Assembly (NCBI RefSeq): GCF_037042905.1
Contig: NC_087246.1
Location: 51,026,001 to 51,090,000 of the forward strand
DNA from: Lytechinus pictus
Lineage: Eukaryota
Direction of reading: 5' to 3'
DNA: 64,000 bases
The position numbers and the translations under genes were made by a program. The notes beneath the pieces were generated by a model, which saw only the letters and a list, made by a program, of their open reading frames with translations, was not told where the DNA came from and searched no databases. Of the stretch, positions 11,428-25,932 are shown in pieces (the stretch's first letter is position 1; each line of letters begins with the position of its first letter).

Positions 11428-12543
11428 TAGGGGAAGGTGGGGCATAACGGAATTTGCATAAGTTAATTAAGTACGCCCTCTTAACAAATTATTTGCAGTA
11501 GACGACATGGCGGTATAACATCAAACATGAACTTTCATCCAGCAACATCTGAACACATCCGAGTAACGTCTCTTAAAAAATATTGCACCCTCGTGATCTA
11601 AGATAAGGGGATGATTAAAGAGCTGTAAATGTGTAGTTGCTGTATCAATTTTGATAAGATATATATTAATCATAAAGATATTAACGTTAGACACACGTTT
11701 TTGCATGCCTTCTTTGCTTCGGGAATTTTGCACGTAAACCGTTTTTATAAGTAAATATACACCATTAGGGCAAAATTGACTATAAACGTAAGGGACAAAA
11801 TGAAATGGAACAGGTTTCCGTTTTGCCCAAATCCATTGGACCATTTTACTCCAAGTATGTTCCATTTTGCCCCAATTGAAAATTACATTTTTTTTTTTTA
11901 AATCACGCGCTTTAAGATCAATCGCATTGTTTGTGGCAGTTGGATAACCTCAATGATAACGTTTAGGTGTATTTTTTGCAGGTCGCCATAAAGATGGTCA
12001 GGAACTACAAGTGGAAAACGACAAGACAGACATGGGATGAATAGGCAATGAAGGGTGTCATAAAAGGGGGAAGTTTCATTTTGCCTCAGTGGTGGGCAAA
12101 AGGGATTTTTTTTGGGGGGGATAAATAAATTCGAGTTTCTCTGGAATTTACACCTGCACTGCAAAAACTCCGGTGTTGATTTAACACCAGCCCGGAATCT
12201 ATATATGTCCACACCAGAGAAGTGTTAAACAACACCGGTTTCGGTATTAGTCTAAAACCAGATAGGTGTTTATACAACATCAATCAGTATTAAAACAGCA
12301 ACGGTTTGATTCCAAACTGGTGTTGTTTCAATACTTCCCTGGTGTGGACATATATTATATAGATTCTGGGCTGGTGTTAGATCAACACCGGAGTTTTTGC
12401 ATTGTGGAAAGTCATGAATTGTGGTTGATATAAAAAAGTACAAACAATTTTTATCTGATATTGTCAGTGTCATTGTCTCTGTGTCGGTGATGACGTCATT
12501 ATGCAAGTTCAAAATTATTCCATTATGCCCCACCCTCGCCTAA
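11428..12543. mobile_element. Non-autonomous TIR element immediately after the otopetrin stop
   Basis: TAGGGGAAGGTGGGGCATAACGGAAT at the left end, with an imperfect inverted ATTCCATTATGCCCCACCCTCGCCTA at the right end. Confidence 0.55.
12157..12404. mobile_element. Palindromic MITE, copy 1 (CACTG termini)
   Basis: Long inverted arms CACTGCAAAAACTCCGGTGTTG...CAACACCGGAGTTTTTGCATTG; second copy at 13170-13408. Confidence 0.8.
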
Positions 12544-13169
12544 CTACGGTCATGGCGGTGGTGTTTGTCAAGGCATATTTTGTGTGGTGGAGTACTATAA
12601 CGGAGGTCATATGACATAATTATTATTACACAAGATTGTTCTTGACAATCTGAAAGTTTTACAGATGCTTGCCATGCATAGCATCAGATAATGTAAGTAA
12701 ACTGGCATCATGTTTTGTATTCACTTGTTAAAGAAATATATCTTTGTTACGTTCCCAGAATAAAACATTCGTCAATTTGAATCACTTAGTCAAAAGGCGT
12801 ATTGGGTGTAAACGTTCTTGCACAACATGAAAAGCAAACTGAATATTGGGCCATAACGTATTCGACCCGACGCCACCTTCGGGGCTATCCTTGATCGCTA
12901 TCCTTGATCCTTGATCGCTATCCTTGATCCTTGATCCTTGATCGCTATCCTTGATCGTGATAATAGAGAGTTTTCGCATTTACTACGGTGCCGCGCTCTC
13001 AACAACGCACCAATTCCTTTGAAAATGCAAGTCAAATCACAATGGAGAGCTAAGAGGCTTTTGTCGAAAATGTTGCTGTATCAAAATTGATACAGCAACT
13101 GCAAATACAGCTCTATAATCACCCCCTTATCTTCGATCACGAGGGTGCAATTTTTTTAAATAGACGTTA

Positions 13170-13408
13170 CACTGTAAAAACTCCGGTGTTGATTAACTCC
13201 AGCCCGGAATCTATATGTCCACACCAGAGAAGTATTGAAACAACACCAGTTTGAAATCAAACCGATGTTGTTTTAATACTAATTGGTGTTGTATAAACAC
13301 CTATCTGGTGTTAGACCAAAACCAAACTGGCTGTTTAACACTTCTCTGGTGTGGACATATATATAGATTCCGGGCTGGTGTTAAATCAACACCAGAGTTT
13401 TTGCAGTG
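13170..13408. mobile_element. Palindromic MITE, copy 2, TA target duplication
   Basis: TA|CACTGTAAAAACTCCGG...GAGTTTTTGCAGTG|TA. It is inserted into an inverted copy of 11495-11656, where the empty site has a single TA. Confidence 0.85.
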
Positions 13409-14099
13409 TAGTAGGATGTGTTCAGACGTTCCTGGATGAAAGTTAATGGTTGATGTTATGCCGTCATATCGTACTTTTGCTAATTGAATTGTGGTTCCAG
13501 ATTGTCACAGAATAGTCAATCTTCTCATGAAAGATGCAATACAACCCGATCCACCATATATCTTACATCCATCACTGGACGTTTTAAATTTGACAACTTT
13601 GAGGAACTTTAACCTCAATCAACTAAATTCTCATTTGAAAACCTTGGGATGCAAGATGATTTGAATAAACTTCGGAAAACCTCATCAGCATAACACTGGA
13701 AATTTAATCAAAATCGGGTGAAAAGAAACCCAAAAGAGCAAAATGACATTTTGCTTCGTTTCACAAAACTGTTATATGCACGGCATGGGTGATATGCAAA
13801 TGAAAGAGTTGATCGATGACGTCACACATTAGATACACACACCCACTCAACCCCCCGCGCACACACACCCACACACATATGCGCGCTATTTCACTACAGT
13901 CATTATCGTTGCTTTGTATCAACTGCACAAGTATCAATTTATCAAATATGAAATTGAGCAAAGTTTGACCGTGATAGGTGTTACAAACAGGTGGTTCTAT
14001 GTATAATTTCAATTCCATTCTTAAGATGAAGAGTCGCAAGAGGTTCCAACATTTTGTTTGTATTTTTGTTAAGTGCACACCTAGTGACCAATAATGCAT

Positions 14100-14240
14100 A
14101 TAGCATTTTCATTTATTTGAAAGCAGGATAAAAGAGCATTGTCGGTTATCTGCCTTGCTCACGGGCATAGGTTCCGCGGACAGGGATAGAACCCGGACAT
14201 TCCATGTATAGCCAGGCGCCTTAGACCACTCGGCCACGCA
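14100..14240 (-). mobile_element. tRNA-derived SINE fragment
   Basis: Minus strand TGGCCGAGTGGTCTAAGGCGC (A box) ... GGGTTCTATCCC (degenerate B box), then GCCCGTGAGCAAGGCAG. Confidence 0.6.
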
Positions 14241-15775
14241 TAAGAATCACGACCATAATGTTGTCTGTGATCGTAAAAGTTTCCTGACAAATGTTGAAAT
14301 TACAAAGACAATATAAAGATTTAGAATAAAAGAAATATAAAGAGAGTCTATAGTAAAACTTCTCTCAAACCATATTTCTTTAAGAATATTCGTTCAGAAT
14401 GTTTAAAAGAGTCCCTAGACCGGATGGTTCTATATGGTTGTATAGAGGTTTCTGTTTTTACCAGCCATTGGCTGATCGAGGGCTGTTACCGTGTTTAATT
14501 AAATTCAATCAATCAATATGCATTTGTGTTTATACATAATTTACATAATTAAAATTAATACAACTATTATATCTCAAATGCGTGGGTCTCGTTCACATTA
14601 GACTTTTTAAAATAAAACTGAGATGAATATCCGTAAATCATAAGGAATTATTATTATTATTATTTTTTATTTACTAGATACAGTCATTATTTCCACAAGG
14701 GGGGGGGGGTTCTGTGCAATTAGAGAATTGTCTTGTTTTTATTTAATTGTTATTTTATCTGTACTAATAAATTGTAGTATTATTTGATTGTTTGTTTCTC
14801 AGTTTTTATATTTTTTCATGCCAGTAGCATGATCATTATCGCTATTTCATTTTATTTTAATGTTCACGTATTTTTTTATTGTTACATTTCGATTACTCTG
14901 TGTATCTATTGCGTATTTTTAATTTAATATGTATGCTTTCGAATTTCATTTCTTTCATATTGCATGTAGTTTTTCTTTTTAATTAATTATGTTAGTGTTC
15001 ACCATTGTATTATGATTGTTATATGTATTTTTATCTGTACAGGGCTCTCTCGAAAAGCAGATTTTATGTACTGAAGAGACCACCCTGACTAAAGAAAACA
15101 GAAATAAATAAATAAATAATAATAAATATTTTCTTCTATCAAATACTGAGCAAAGACATCTTCGATAACAGTTTGATCTTGTTTCACGCTCCTGAAACAA
15201 ATTTTAAAAAGTTCATTCGTATTTTTGATAACCATAAACCCTTTTCTTTTATATTACTTGGTCACAAACTTGCTTTCTTATTAGGAATATTAAAGTCTTG
15301 AATAAAGATCATTAAAAACTTTTGAAAATAGTGATCATCATATCAATCTTCATCTTAACCACCAATGGAAATGTCTAAACCTTTCTAAATACATGTATTA
15401 ACCGGCTAACTTGATAAATTGATATCGAATTGTTTGTATAGAAAATAATATTATCAATCATTTTACGTTTCCCAATTCAATTAAATTCAACCTTCTTTTA
15501 CCTCAAAATAATTGTTTGATTCATTCTTCAATATCCATGTTCCGAAATAATTGCCTTTCATGTCATCTGGACAAACACTAGGCCTTTATCAAAATATTAA
15601 GATTTCTTTTTTCAATCACAAAGTAATTAAATTCAGTTTTTATAGATTGTAATATTAAAACAGGATATGAATTTGCATTACAAAGATCTATGGATTAACT
15701 TACAATTTATGAATCTAGAATGTAACGGAAAATGTGAGCATGAAAGTTTCAGGACCTACTGGACCTCCCCACCCC

Positions 15776-16021
15776 CATGGGCGGAAATATGTCCGCAAAG
15801 GTAGGGGGACCTGGGCCTGGAAAATTTGACAAGCCAAAAAAAAGGGGTTATCACCCAAAATGTAAGGTCATTTAGTCCAAAATACATGTATTATTTCGAT
15901 TGTGAAGTGATGTATTTTTCTCCATCATACGAGACCAAAAATAGTAGGGGGGACATTTGATATTGTGTCCCCCCTACTATTTTTGGTAGGTGGACGCGTC
16001 CCCCTGGGATTTCCGCCCATG
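15776..16021. mobile_element. hAT-type MITE (same family as 54986-55231, opposite orientation)
   Basis: TIR CATGGGCGGAAA/TTTCCGCCCATG; internal sequence is reverse-complementary to 54986-55231. Confidence 0.8.
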
Positions 16022-16839
16022 CCCCCCCCCCCCCACGATACTAAAATACGCCTATACTATTCTGGTGAAGTTGATGATGTTGATAGTTAAATTGCGGATG
16101 ATAACCACCATCTCACTCCTGTTATATATACAAAATAGCTGATCACAAAATAAGTATTAAAAAATGATAACATAAAACCATGGGCGACTTTTGAAAGGAC
16201 TATCTGGTAAAGTATCTACCAAACCACATTTCCGTATTAAGTTCCTGAATCCGGCAGTGTACTTCAAACCAATGTGAAGAGATTGTGTTACGATGTATTA
16301 TAACTGTATACTAAAACGAGAACACATGATGTTATGCACATATTGCATATTGCACATAGACTAGAGCTTATTATAATATATAAGGGCAGGACTGCAGTAA
16401 TGTTGCGAATCTCTACATTGCTTTTGAGGAAGATGTGATAACAATAATTGTGATCAATTACTAGGTGGAAGCACCACATTGTTCGACACGGATTTGGAAC
16501 AAATCGACGACTTATTCGTAAAATATTTTGGTGACTCTATTAGAGGCTTGACTATATTTCAGGAAATTATGAGGGCAGACAAGTAATTGTGATGTGAGCT
16601 GGTACTATCATGGATGGAACAACTGAAGCCAAAATAAAAAAGCGGTAAGGAATACAATAACTATATTCATTTATCTATTTATCATTCGTGCATGTTTGAT
16701 ACAGTGGGCTTTGCTTCCAAAGAATGTCAAATGACTAATACAAATGAAAATATTTAATTTCCTTCTGAGTCTCTTGTAAAGTGTGAAAAATTAGATTTGA
16801 CGAAGACCCTCCCTCCATTTGCAGGGGATTATGGGGATT

Positions 16840-17220
16840 GGTTTATTTCCAATTCGTCTAATGCCAATTCGTCTACTATCATTTGACCTACCATCGGTTC
16901 ATTCACTATCCACATGGTCTAATTGCCAATTCCTCCACTCACCGTTTGGGTCTAATAACCAATTGGTCCAATAGCCATTTAGTCCATATACCATTTGGTC
17001 TAATTGGACTAGTGTTAATTGTGCAAAATGAATGAAAGTGAAATGGATATTGGACCAGCTGGTTATAAGATGAAATGGTCATAGACGAAATGGTGATTAG
17101 ACGAACTGATGATTGGACCAAATGGTTGTTAGACGAAATGTTGATGGACTGAATGGCTTTAGACTAAATGAAAGTAGACCATGTGGTGAGTGGACGAGTA
17201 GTCAAATTGGCAATTTACCA
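16840..17220. repeat. Degenerate foldback element of about 15-bp sub-repeats
   Basis: TTCGTCTAATGCCAA-like units on the left and complementary TTAGACGAA-like units on the right. Confidence 0.6.
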
Positions 17221-17490
17221 TGGGGGAATAATACTTTTCGCCTCATAAGCAGTCATAGAATATAGGGTGTTAAGGGCATTATGGATCAGATCATCTATTT
17301 CAGATCCTATATCCATTTAAAAAGGGCAACGCCAATTTAATATTCAGCTTGGATATTTTCTAACTTAAAATTAGTACCCGATATTTACATTTGTAAATTT
17401 TTGATAATGGATCTTTTCGCCTAAATGACGAGTTAAATGAGTTGACCTAAGCCAGTCATTTATGATCATGTTAGAATGGTATGTTGGTAC

Positions 17491-17777
17491 CAGTAGCGCA
17501 CCTAGGATTTTCCACAGGGGGGGGGGGCAAAATTGCCCCCCCCAAAAAAAAAAAAAGGTCTTCAACCACAAATAAAGGATTTCGTACCAGAAAAAAATTG
17601 ACAAGAAAAAAAAAAGGTCCTCAACCAGGATATAAAGGACATTTCGCACCAGAAAAAAAATTGATAAGCAATAAAACAAAATAAAAAAGGTCTTCAATTT
17701 CAAACTCGTCAGGGGGGCAGAGATACGTCCTTTGCATGGGTTGTGACCCCCTGCCCCCCCCCATAGGTACGCTAGTG
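17491..17777. mobile_element. hAT-type MITE
   Basis: TIR CAGTAGCGCACCTA/TAGGTACGCTAGTG with 8-bp TSD GTTGGTAC/GTTGATAC. Confidence 0.75.
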
Positions 17778-20700
17778 GTTGATACCGATGGACGAGTTGC
17801 TTTGTACGATCAAATAAACATATCTTTGGAAATCCATCATCATTGTTTTCGCGAATGATTTCATTGATATCGTATCTTACAATCACACCAACGAAACCGA
17901 CTACAAACCGACTGATGGTTTGACATTCAAAACAACGTGATAGCGTTGATCGGTCTGACGTAGGTTTCGTCGATATAACTGTCGATGTAATTGTGGTGTC
18001 ACATGTTGATGTCGTTTAGTAGTTTTAGATCCCTATTGTGTTTTCACTTTTTCCGTTATGTTCAATTTACTTTGTACTGTCGTAAATGAACGGGCGCTTT
18101 ATAAATGAAATATATTACTTGTATTACCATCATTGTTTTTATCATTATCAAGAGTTTTTTTTTTAATCTTCTTTCCCCAAATTCCCCTGACACTCTCTTT
18201 GTGCATATTGAATATAATGACTGATCTTGAAATATGCGTTCCCCTTTTCAAGCACATTGCTGTAGAAATGCAACAAAGCAACAAAGCAGATAGTGCATAA
18301 ACAAAATGCAATGAGTCAAATTAAGGGATCCAGAGATGGTACACGGGGCTAAAGGTTTAGAAAGCTGTAAGCGAGTGAGGCGAGGGAGCTAAAATTTGGT
18401 TATTTTACAAGAATCTAATTTTATAATATATATAATAGATTTTGACACGACAAGAAGGAAATATTATCATACTTTTCATACTTTTTTTCAATTAGTATTC
18501 CTTTTTTCGTGAATTTTTTTTGGGGGGCGGGGGTGTGGACGGTCCAGCCCCCCCCCCCCCTCCATCTGTAGGCATACATGTACGTCAATAGTGTAAACAC
18601 ATGTTTTCACTTCAACATCGAAAGCTTGTTATCTAACTCCACGGAAAGAATTCAAGTGCCTTTTCGATTGTGATTTATGGTCCGAACGTTATACTTGCTC
18701 ACATTGACATTAGACTATTATTCCGAAAGCTTAAAATTGATGCGGGTGTCTGGGTATGATGGTGTATATTGATAGTATTTACAGGAGAATACCCATTATT
18801 ACGTCATCAGCAGCTGACAACCAGTGACTACATTCGAACTTGACCCGTTGCCTTCCGATCCGGATCATTTTCAGTAATTTTCGGGAAATGCTAAAATTCC
18901 ATCAGGAAATTTCGGGAAATCAGAAAATTACAATTAAACTATGATTAAACTCTGTGCTAAAATTATGGAGAGCCAAAGTTTAAAAAAAACTGTTTATATT
19001 GTATACTTCTTAAGTTTACTATTTTTATTCCTTTTGCTTTCATAATGAGGAAAAATGCTTCAAATACTTCAGTTATCATTCCCATACAATTATGAACAAT
19101 TCGAGTGTCAAACGAGTTAATATATTGGATGTGTACTGTTAAGGATTCGGGCCCCAATTTACTCTAATGGTTAAACCACAACTTTAAACCAGGGGTTAAT
19201 TTAAACCTGAGTCCAGAATACCGGCCAAAGAGTTGCCTGCAATCAAACGCACACATTCGGGACGTTTGATAGCTATACACATGAAGTAAAGGAAGGGCAG
19301 TGTCTCAACAGATCCAAAAACTAATTTCCCGAAACTGAATCTCAAATTTCCTGAAATTCATAGACATTTCATGGAATTTGCAAATGTTAATATTTTAACA
19401 AAAACCGGACAATAAAATTGGTCCAAGGGATCAAAATCAAGGAATGTCTTTTTGTTTATTGAATGCACTTTTTAACATAGCAACAAAATTACAAAATGCG
19501 AGCGCGGAGCGCGAGCAGAAAATTTGAGCTACGTAATGAGGCAAACAATTCTTTGAATATAACGTGAATATTTTTTTATTACTTGTACTATTACCCTCCA
19601 TCCCTTCGACTCGATTTTTTTTTATATTTGAGTGATTTTTTTCCTATGTTGAATTCATTACTGATAGGAGATTTTGTGTTTTATTAATGTTCTGTTTTAC
19701 TATGTTTTGGCGATCCAACCATACAGGTTTTTATAACCTTCATGGAAAGCCACGAAATTGATTTTGTATCTACTCACATTTGATGTTTCTTCGTATTTTT
19801 ATCTTATTTGCGAAATAAAGATTGAATTGAATCTACAGACTACATTAACTTCTTCTGCACCCACTACGTTTCTCTTTCCTTTTCCTTCTTTTCTCCTCCC
19901 CCCTTTTTTTTTTTGGGGGGGGCGTGCCCCCTGTAGTTACGCCACTGGTAATAAACTTGAACTTGGATCGAGAGGTTTTCTGAAAGGAGCCTCATATCTC
20001 TGTGTTCGACGAACCGTTTCACATAAAAATTTAAGCCAGTTGCATATGACCAATGCTAGATTACGATTGTAAAATAACATACAACACGACTGTGTGATTT
20101 TCACATTATACTCATTTAAAGTGCCATTAATATATATTTTTTTTTACGCTGTACTTCAAGCTTAGGTGTTCTTGACTTATGACTTAAACTATAATTCAAT
20201 ATTGTTGCTCAAGTGGGTCTCGATCCTTAGTCATTATAGGTCGATTTCATGTCAGAACCCATATAATAATAAATCATTCTGGGGTATCCCAATGAGTTTC
20301 CGGCCCTATTATGCCCTAGTTATGTATTTTGCTTTTTTTATTTCATATAGCAGGAAAGAAAACCGAAATGCCGGTCTAATCCATAATCCATGACCAAAGC
20401 GGGTCTTACCTTGTCATTGGTTCAAGGGGGTTGATCACACCTGAAAATAAAATCTAGATTAAAACAGGTCATGGGATTGTGCAATATCAAAGGCAACTAC
20501 TCAGAACTCAGAGATATAACTGTCAAATCAGTACTCATGTGATCATATGAAATCTTCTATATGCCCTTTTTCAAAATGGAAAGTGCCCCTTTTTCAAAAT
20601 GAAATGTGACCCTTTTCAAAATGAAATACAAATTTTAAGTAAAACAATGCATTTTAAGTTGGAAATCGGGAAAATTTTGGCTCGCGCTTCGCGCTCGCAT

Positions 20701-21395
20701 CATTTATTGTTTAGTAAGGTACTCAATCTGTTCTTGGTTACAAAAAGTGCTTAAAATGTCCAGTTTTCATAATTGGCCAAAAAGTGTGTTTCACAACTTC
20801 AGATTTGAAGATTTTTCCAAACCGCTCGCTCGTGGAAAAATAAAGCTTAAAACCATCAGAAATCACTTCAAAAGGGCTTTGCTCAACTTAATTACTAAAA
20901 AACACACAACTACTTCACGCACATGATTTTCTAATAGTGAAAATATCTGTTTGCATCAAAATGCCCATTTTTGCAGATAAGTGCCCTTTTTTGGCTTTGC
21001 CCCCCCCCCAAAAAAAAAAACAAAAAAAAAAACGAAAATACGTTCCGCCGCCCCTGTGGCATATAGAAAATATCTAGCTTCGGGAACTGACGTCATGTAA
21101 GCGTTTACAATGTTTCCTAAAAGCAATGTCAAAGATAATGTACCAAAATGATGGCCATAATCATGACGTCATGGGTCTATGATTACCATGTGTATGCTAT
21201 TGATGATATCTGCTTTCTATTCGCATATGACCTGTACAGTAAGCACTAGTTTATCACTTCCGGTGTGACCTTATCCGATTTGAATAAATTCCTGTACAAC
21301 ATTAAAGACTAGTGAAGGATTAAACACTGACACATCCCTTTGTTGAGTATCATAGCTTTCACGTGATCTAAATGTGTGATAATGGGCCTTCGTAA

Positions 21396-21638
21396 AATGA
21401 GCTAGGGCGGAAAATATATACATTTTAGTGTTAACCAATTGACTAGGTGATCCCTGTAGGCATACGCAAGAGTAAAAAAAAGTGTATGGAAAATGCATAG
21501 TCATGTATATATATATATATATGCTTTTTCCATATATTTTTTTTTACTCTTGCGTATGCCTATAGGGATCACCTACGTCCATTGTCAATTGGCGGTTAAC
21601 ACTAAAATGTATATATATACTTTCCGCCCTAGCTCATT
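21396..21638. repeat. Near-perfect long inverted repeat around an (AT)n core
   Basis: AATGAGCTAGGGCGGAAA...GGCATACGCAAGAGTAAAA is mirrored by TTTTACTCTTGCGTATGCC...TTTCCGCCCTAGCTCATT. Confidence 0.8.
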
Positions 21639-24600
21639 ATATATATATTGGGTGCAATTTTAACCAGCACGATGGTAATTATTGTGTCCAACCAATTTGG
21701 GGCTGTATTTTACCCAATGCGCAAAGCACAGTATCAAGAAAGGTTAAAAAATAAGCATAAATTACTTTAGAATGGGCAAAATTTTCATCACACTGGAAAG
21801 ATAGAAATGCCTAATGTTGGTCGCACACATAATTACCCTCATGGAGCATTTCCCCCCAATAATTTTTAGAGTGTAGTCAACAGGTTAAAAATTAGTTAAA
21901 ATCATACTTTCATTCATGTGGAATTCACCGTAGATGAATCACCTTCATCGTTTTACCTCTTACATTTTTATATTCTTATACAGCTCGCGCGCTGACACTT
22001 CCCCTTTCTAATTACAGCCCAAAAAACCATGAAATGAAGTATGTTTCTTTCGTTGAAAAAAAAAGGGTTTTCCATTGTTACCGGTAATACATTGTTTTCA
22101 TACAGCAAGCTTTTAAACAACATTTCCTTCCCATTCCGAAGAATATACTGTGGACAGGGAACTTGAATGACTGTGTGAAACAGGAGACTGTAATGTTTGA
22201 TATGATATCATGAACATGGAAACGTCAAACATCAAAGGTGCACTTAAATTGCAAGGATTTAAAATGAATCCAACATGAATGTAGTTAGGGACGAATCGAA
22301 TTTCGGATTTATTATTGATATGATACTAAAGATTAATTTCTTAAATCTCAAAGAATTTATATTCAAATCCCTTTAGATTTCAAATATATTTTCTTAGGAT
22401 TAAAACTAAATCAAGAATCCGATTGGTCTCTATAGATAACTACAGTTCACTTGGATTTATTTTAAATCCATGCAATTTAGAGTGTGGGATCGTTAAACTT
22501 GGAAAAGTGTACGTGTACGTACGTGTGTGTATGTGTGTGTGTGTCAGGTAGGGGGTGGTAATACAGGCAGTGCGCCTTTGCTGAATAACAGTATGTGTGA
22601 TCGATGTTAATTCATTTCTATCAATCGTCGCAGACAAAAACCGATAACGACCCTTTTTTCGGGAAGGGGGGTGTATATAGGCCCCTACTTTTGATTATGC
22701 GTGTATTAATGACGGTGGTTGTTGAATGGCTTTTTTTCCTTTTCTCTTTTTTTTCTTGGTAGTGATTTTTTTTTTTTGGGGGGGGGGGAAGCGCCCCCAA
22801 GCCCGCCCCCATCTCTAAGCCAGTAGCTTCTAATGAAACTGGAGTAATGTCTCCGGTAATGTCTAATAGTAAGAATATCAAAGGAGTATATAGAGCAATT
22901 AAATGTTAACGGAAACCCTGGACAGGAGGCTATATCCGGTAAAAGTTTTTAACATTACATTTTCGCATACACTTAGGTCAAATTTAAAAGAACTTTTTAT
23001 CAGTAACAAATAAAGGGCCCTTTTCGACCCTCTTCGCATTTTGTGTTCTTAGAGTGCAGCCATATAGCTCGAAGACACAAGTCATTGCGATGACTATCCC
23101 GTTCAGGCAAGTGCTCCCAACTTGCCATTAGTCTGGTCATATATTTCGCATTTATTCAGCAAGTCCGTAAAAGTATGACTAACAAAATCAAGTAAAAAAA
23201 AAATAACGATAGGTCCCTGCTGCAAATCATAACAAATATGCCTATTAATACGAAATTTCATCAATTAGATAGAAAGATGATGTAGACCAAAAACAAACAA
23301 AAAACACAAAATGGCGTCCAAATCACGAGTTGCCGAAAATGCAACATTATAGCCCCCCCCCCCGACCTGCCCCCATGGCCTATTATGAGCTACTATGTGC
23401 GAAATACATGAACCAAATGGAGGAGTGGCCGAGGAATTAACGAAATTAGTTAGTGAAACTGAATTCTGAAATGTTATCGAACACTCTGTCAAGAACAATA
23501 TCAAAATGGATTAAGCGAGGAAATGTACAAAAATAAATGCCCATCAATCGGATAGCGTAAGTTGGTTAGCGGTTTGGCTGCCTCATGCATGCACTTGAAT
23601 ATTAACATCCGTCCGTTCTTGTCATGGCCGGCTCAAAAGTATGGGGTTATCATATCAAGTAGTATATGTAGTCAATATAGAAAGATATTTTTTATAATCA
23701 TCTTCACTGTGTCTTTTTATCAACTTATACCTCTACAAACGCTTAAATCTATTTTGGAGCAGAGGTACATTGTCATAGTGACACTTAATAGAATTACAAT
23801 ATTCGTGTGAAATAAATTCATCACATTTTTTATATGACATAGCTCTTTTTATTGTGACAAGATTTAATAAGTAATGCTTCTAAACATATATTGCCATTTT
23901 ATACCGATTTTATTTTTGTATATTTGTAAACCCCGACTAGTGAGGAGAGCTTCATAACAGAAACTAGTTTTTCTTTTAGTCATCCTCAGGCACTAGTCGG
24001 TGGTAATTTATTCTTATTGTACATATTCTTGTTTTCTTTTGCCTGGAAATAAAATAAATAAATAAATAAAGACATTCTTGATTTCTGTTAAGTTATATGA
24101 TAAAGTATGGCCTCCATAAATTTAGAGTAGATTGTTTAGAGTGCTAAGGGTTGGGGTGGGATATAATCATTTCAAGATTCATTCAAACATGGAGGTAAAA
24201 CTCCTTGATTCAAACGAGGGCGTTATTCGTCGACAGGTTCGAAGCTCTCGCTTGATTTTAACAATGAAAAAAAAAGAGAACGTCCCTGGTTGTAATATAT
24301 ATATATATATATAAACACACACAAAAAAGTATGTAGTAATGCATATTGATTCTAATAAAATACATAATGAAATACATTTATATGAGATATATTGTGACAC
24401 AAAGGATACTTACGCTTTACAAACAGAAGGGTTGCGGCCTTCAATCTATAATAAAATGTAATTAAACAGAGTAGATGAAAATGTGAAAAGATGAAAAAGT
24501 TGAAAAAATATATATATTATATACGGATTCTCGCTTTCCGGATATACGGTGACATTCAATTGAATTGATTAATAATGGGAGAGCTCTACATTGTGCTAGT

Positions 24601-25932
24601 GGCAGTTACTATTTATGTTTGAGTTGCCAGGCAACCGTTACCTCATGAACAAAGTATACAATGACAATACAAGACATCCAATAACCATTATCAGACAGCT
24701 CCCACAAAAAACCCTGTTAGATAAAGGTCATTCAATTAATGTAAAACATTATTAAGTAGGAAAAACAGGAGCTATAGGAACACACCATCACTCTCATGTT
24801 AAACTTTTTAAACACTTAACATAATAATACATTGAATATCCAAACTTTATTATTCTAAGATCTGCATCGTGAAATGTGAGCATCAAAATGTATTTAACAA
24901 AGGATGAAAATTTAACCAATCACGTTTCAAGTTGAAAAACGTAATCATTTTGCATGAGAAATCTATTATTCCGATCCTATTCGTTACCAAGGTTATGAAT
25001 TATACACCATAAAAGCACTAACTAGATTCAAAGAGTCCACATTTCATTATTTAATCACCGACACAGTCTGATAATTAAGAATATAATCTTGGATATTAAA
25101 CGATTATACCGATTATGAATCATATAAATTCATATTGCCTGGTTTCATTTTGACAAAATCACAATGCTTTGTAAGTTGTTCTATCAAAATAATCCAACGA
25201 ATGATAATAAGAGATAAAGGTAAAATGTAAGAATATTTTTTTGGAAAATGAAATATAACAAATATCCCAAGACGACTGATAAAGTATCTCAAAGCACGTT
25301 TATGACAATAAATACTAACAATTCGATCGCCAATTCAAATAAATATATTTGAATCGACCAGGCAAAATATGGAAAACACATTCAAATCCTAATAACAATA
25401 AGAAATTTATTGAATATTTCATGTTTTTGAAAGAGTGACATGCATATACGAGTTTAGTATAATATATACTTTTTGTCAACTAAGTAAAATGCACCTAAGT
25501 TGTTGAATAGTTTATACACTCTTTTAATATATTTATTATCATTATAATACGGGTGAGTCTCCCGATTTAGTACTATCAGGGTAGTCTTTTATTATATACA
25601 TTTCATCATTGTGAATTTTGGTTTAAAATCATGGTCATATTACTCGAAGAAAACAAATAAGCTGTATAAATAGTGCACAATATAGTATTTAAATATTTTC
25701 ACAATGTATTACCCTACCGATACAAATGCATAATCTTATTTCTTGATGTATTGTCCGGATGTATTGACACCTATTTTACTGCAACGGCCTGAAATATTTA
25801 TTGTCTATGACTCCCAAAGACGACTTTCATTTACACCTGTATAGGCCTATAGGTTTTTGTCCTGTAGGCCTATACTCACCACCCCCCCCCCCTTCGTGTC
25901 TTAAATCCCATTATCAAGGCATGTAATGAACA

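Noticed and set aside
23013-23032. Histone 3' stem-loop-like GGGCCCTTTTCGACCC
   Set aside because: The stem does not match the consensus pairing and there is no histone ORF upstream.
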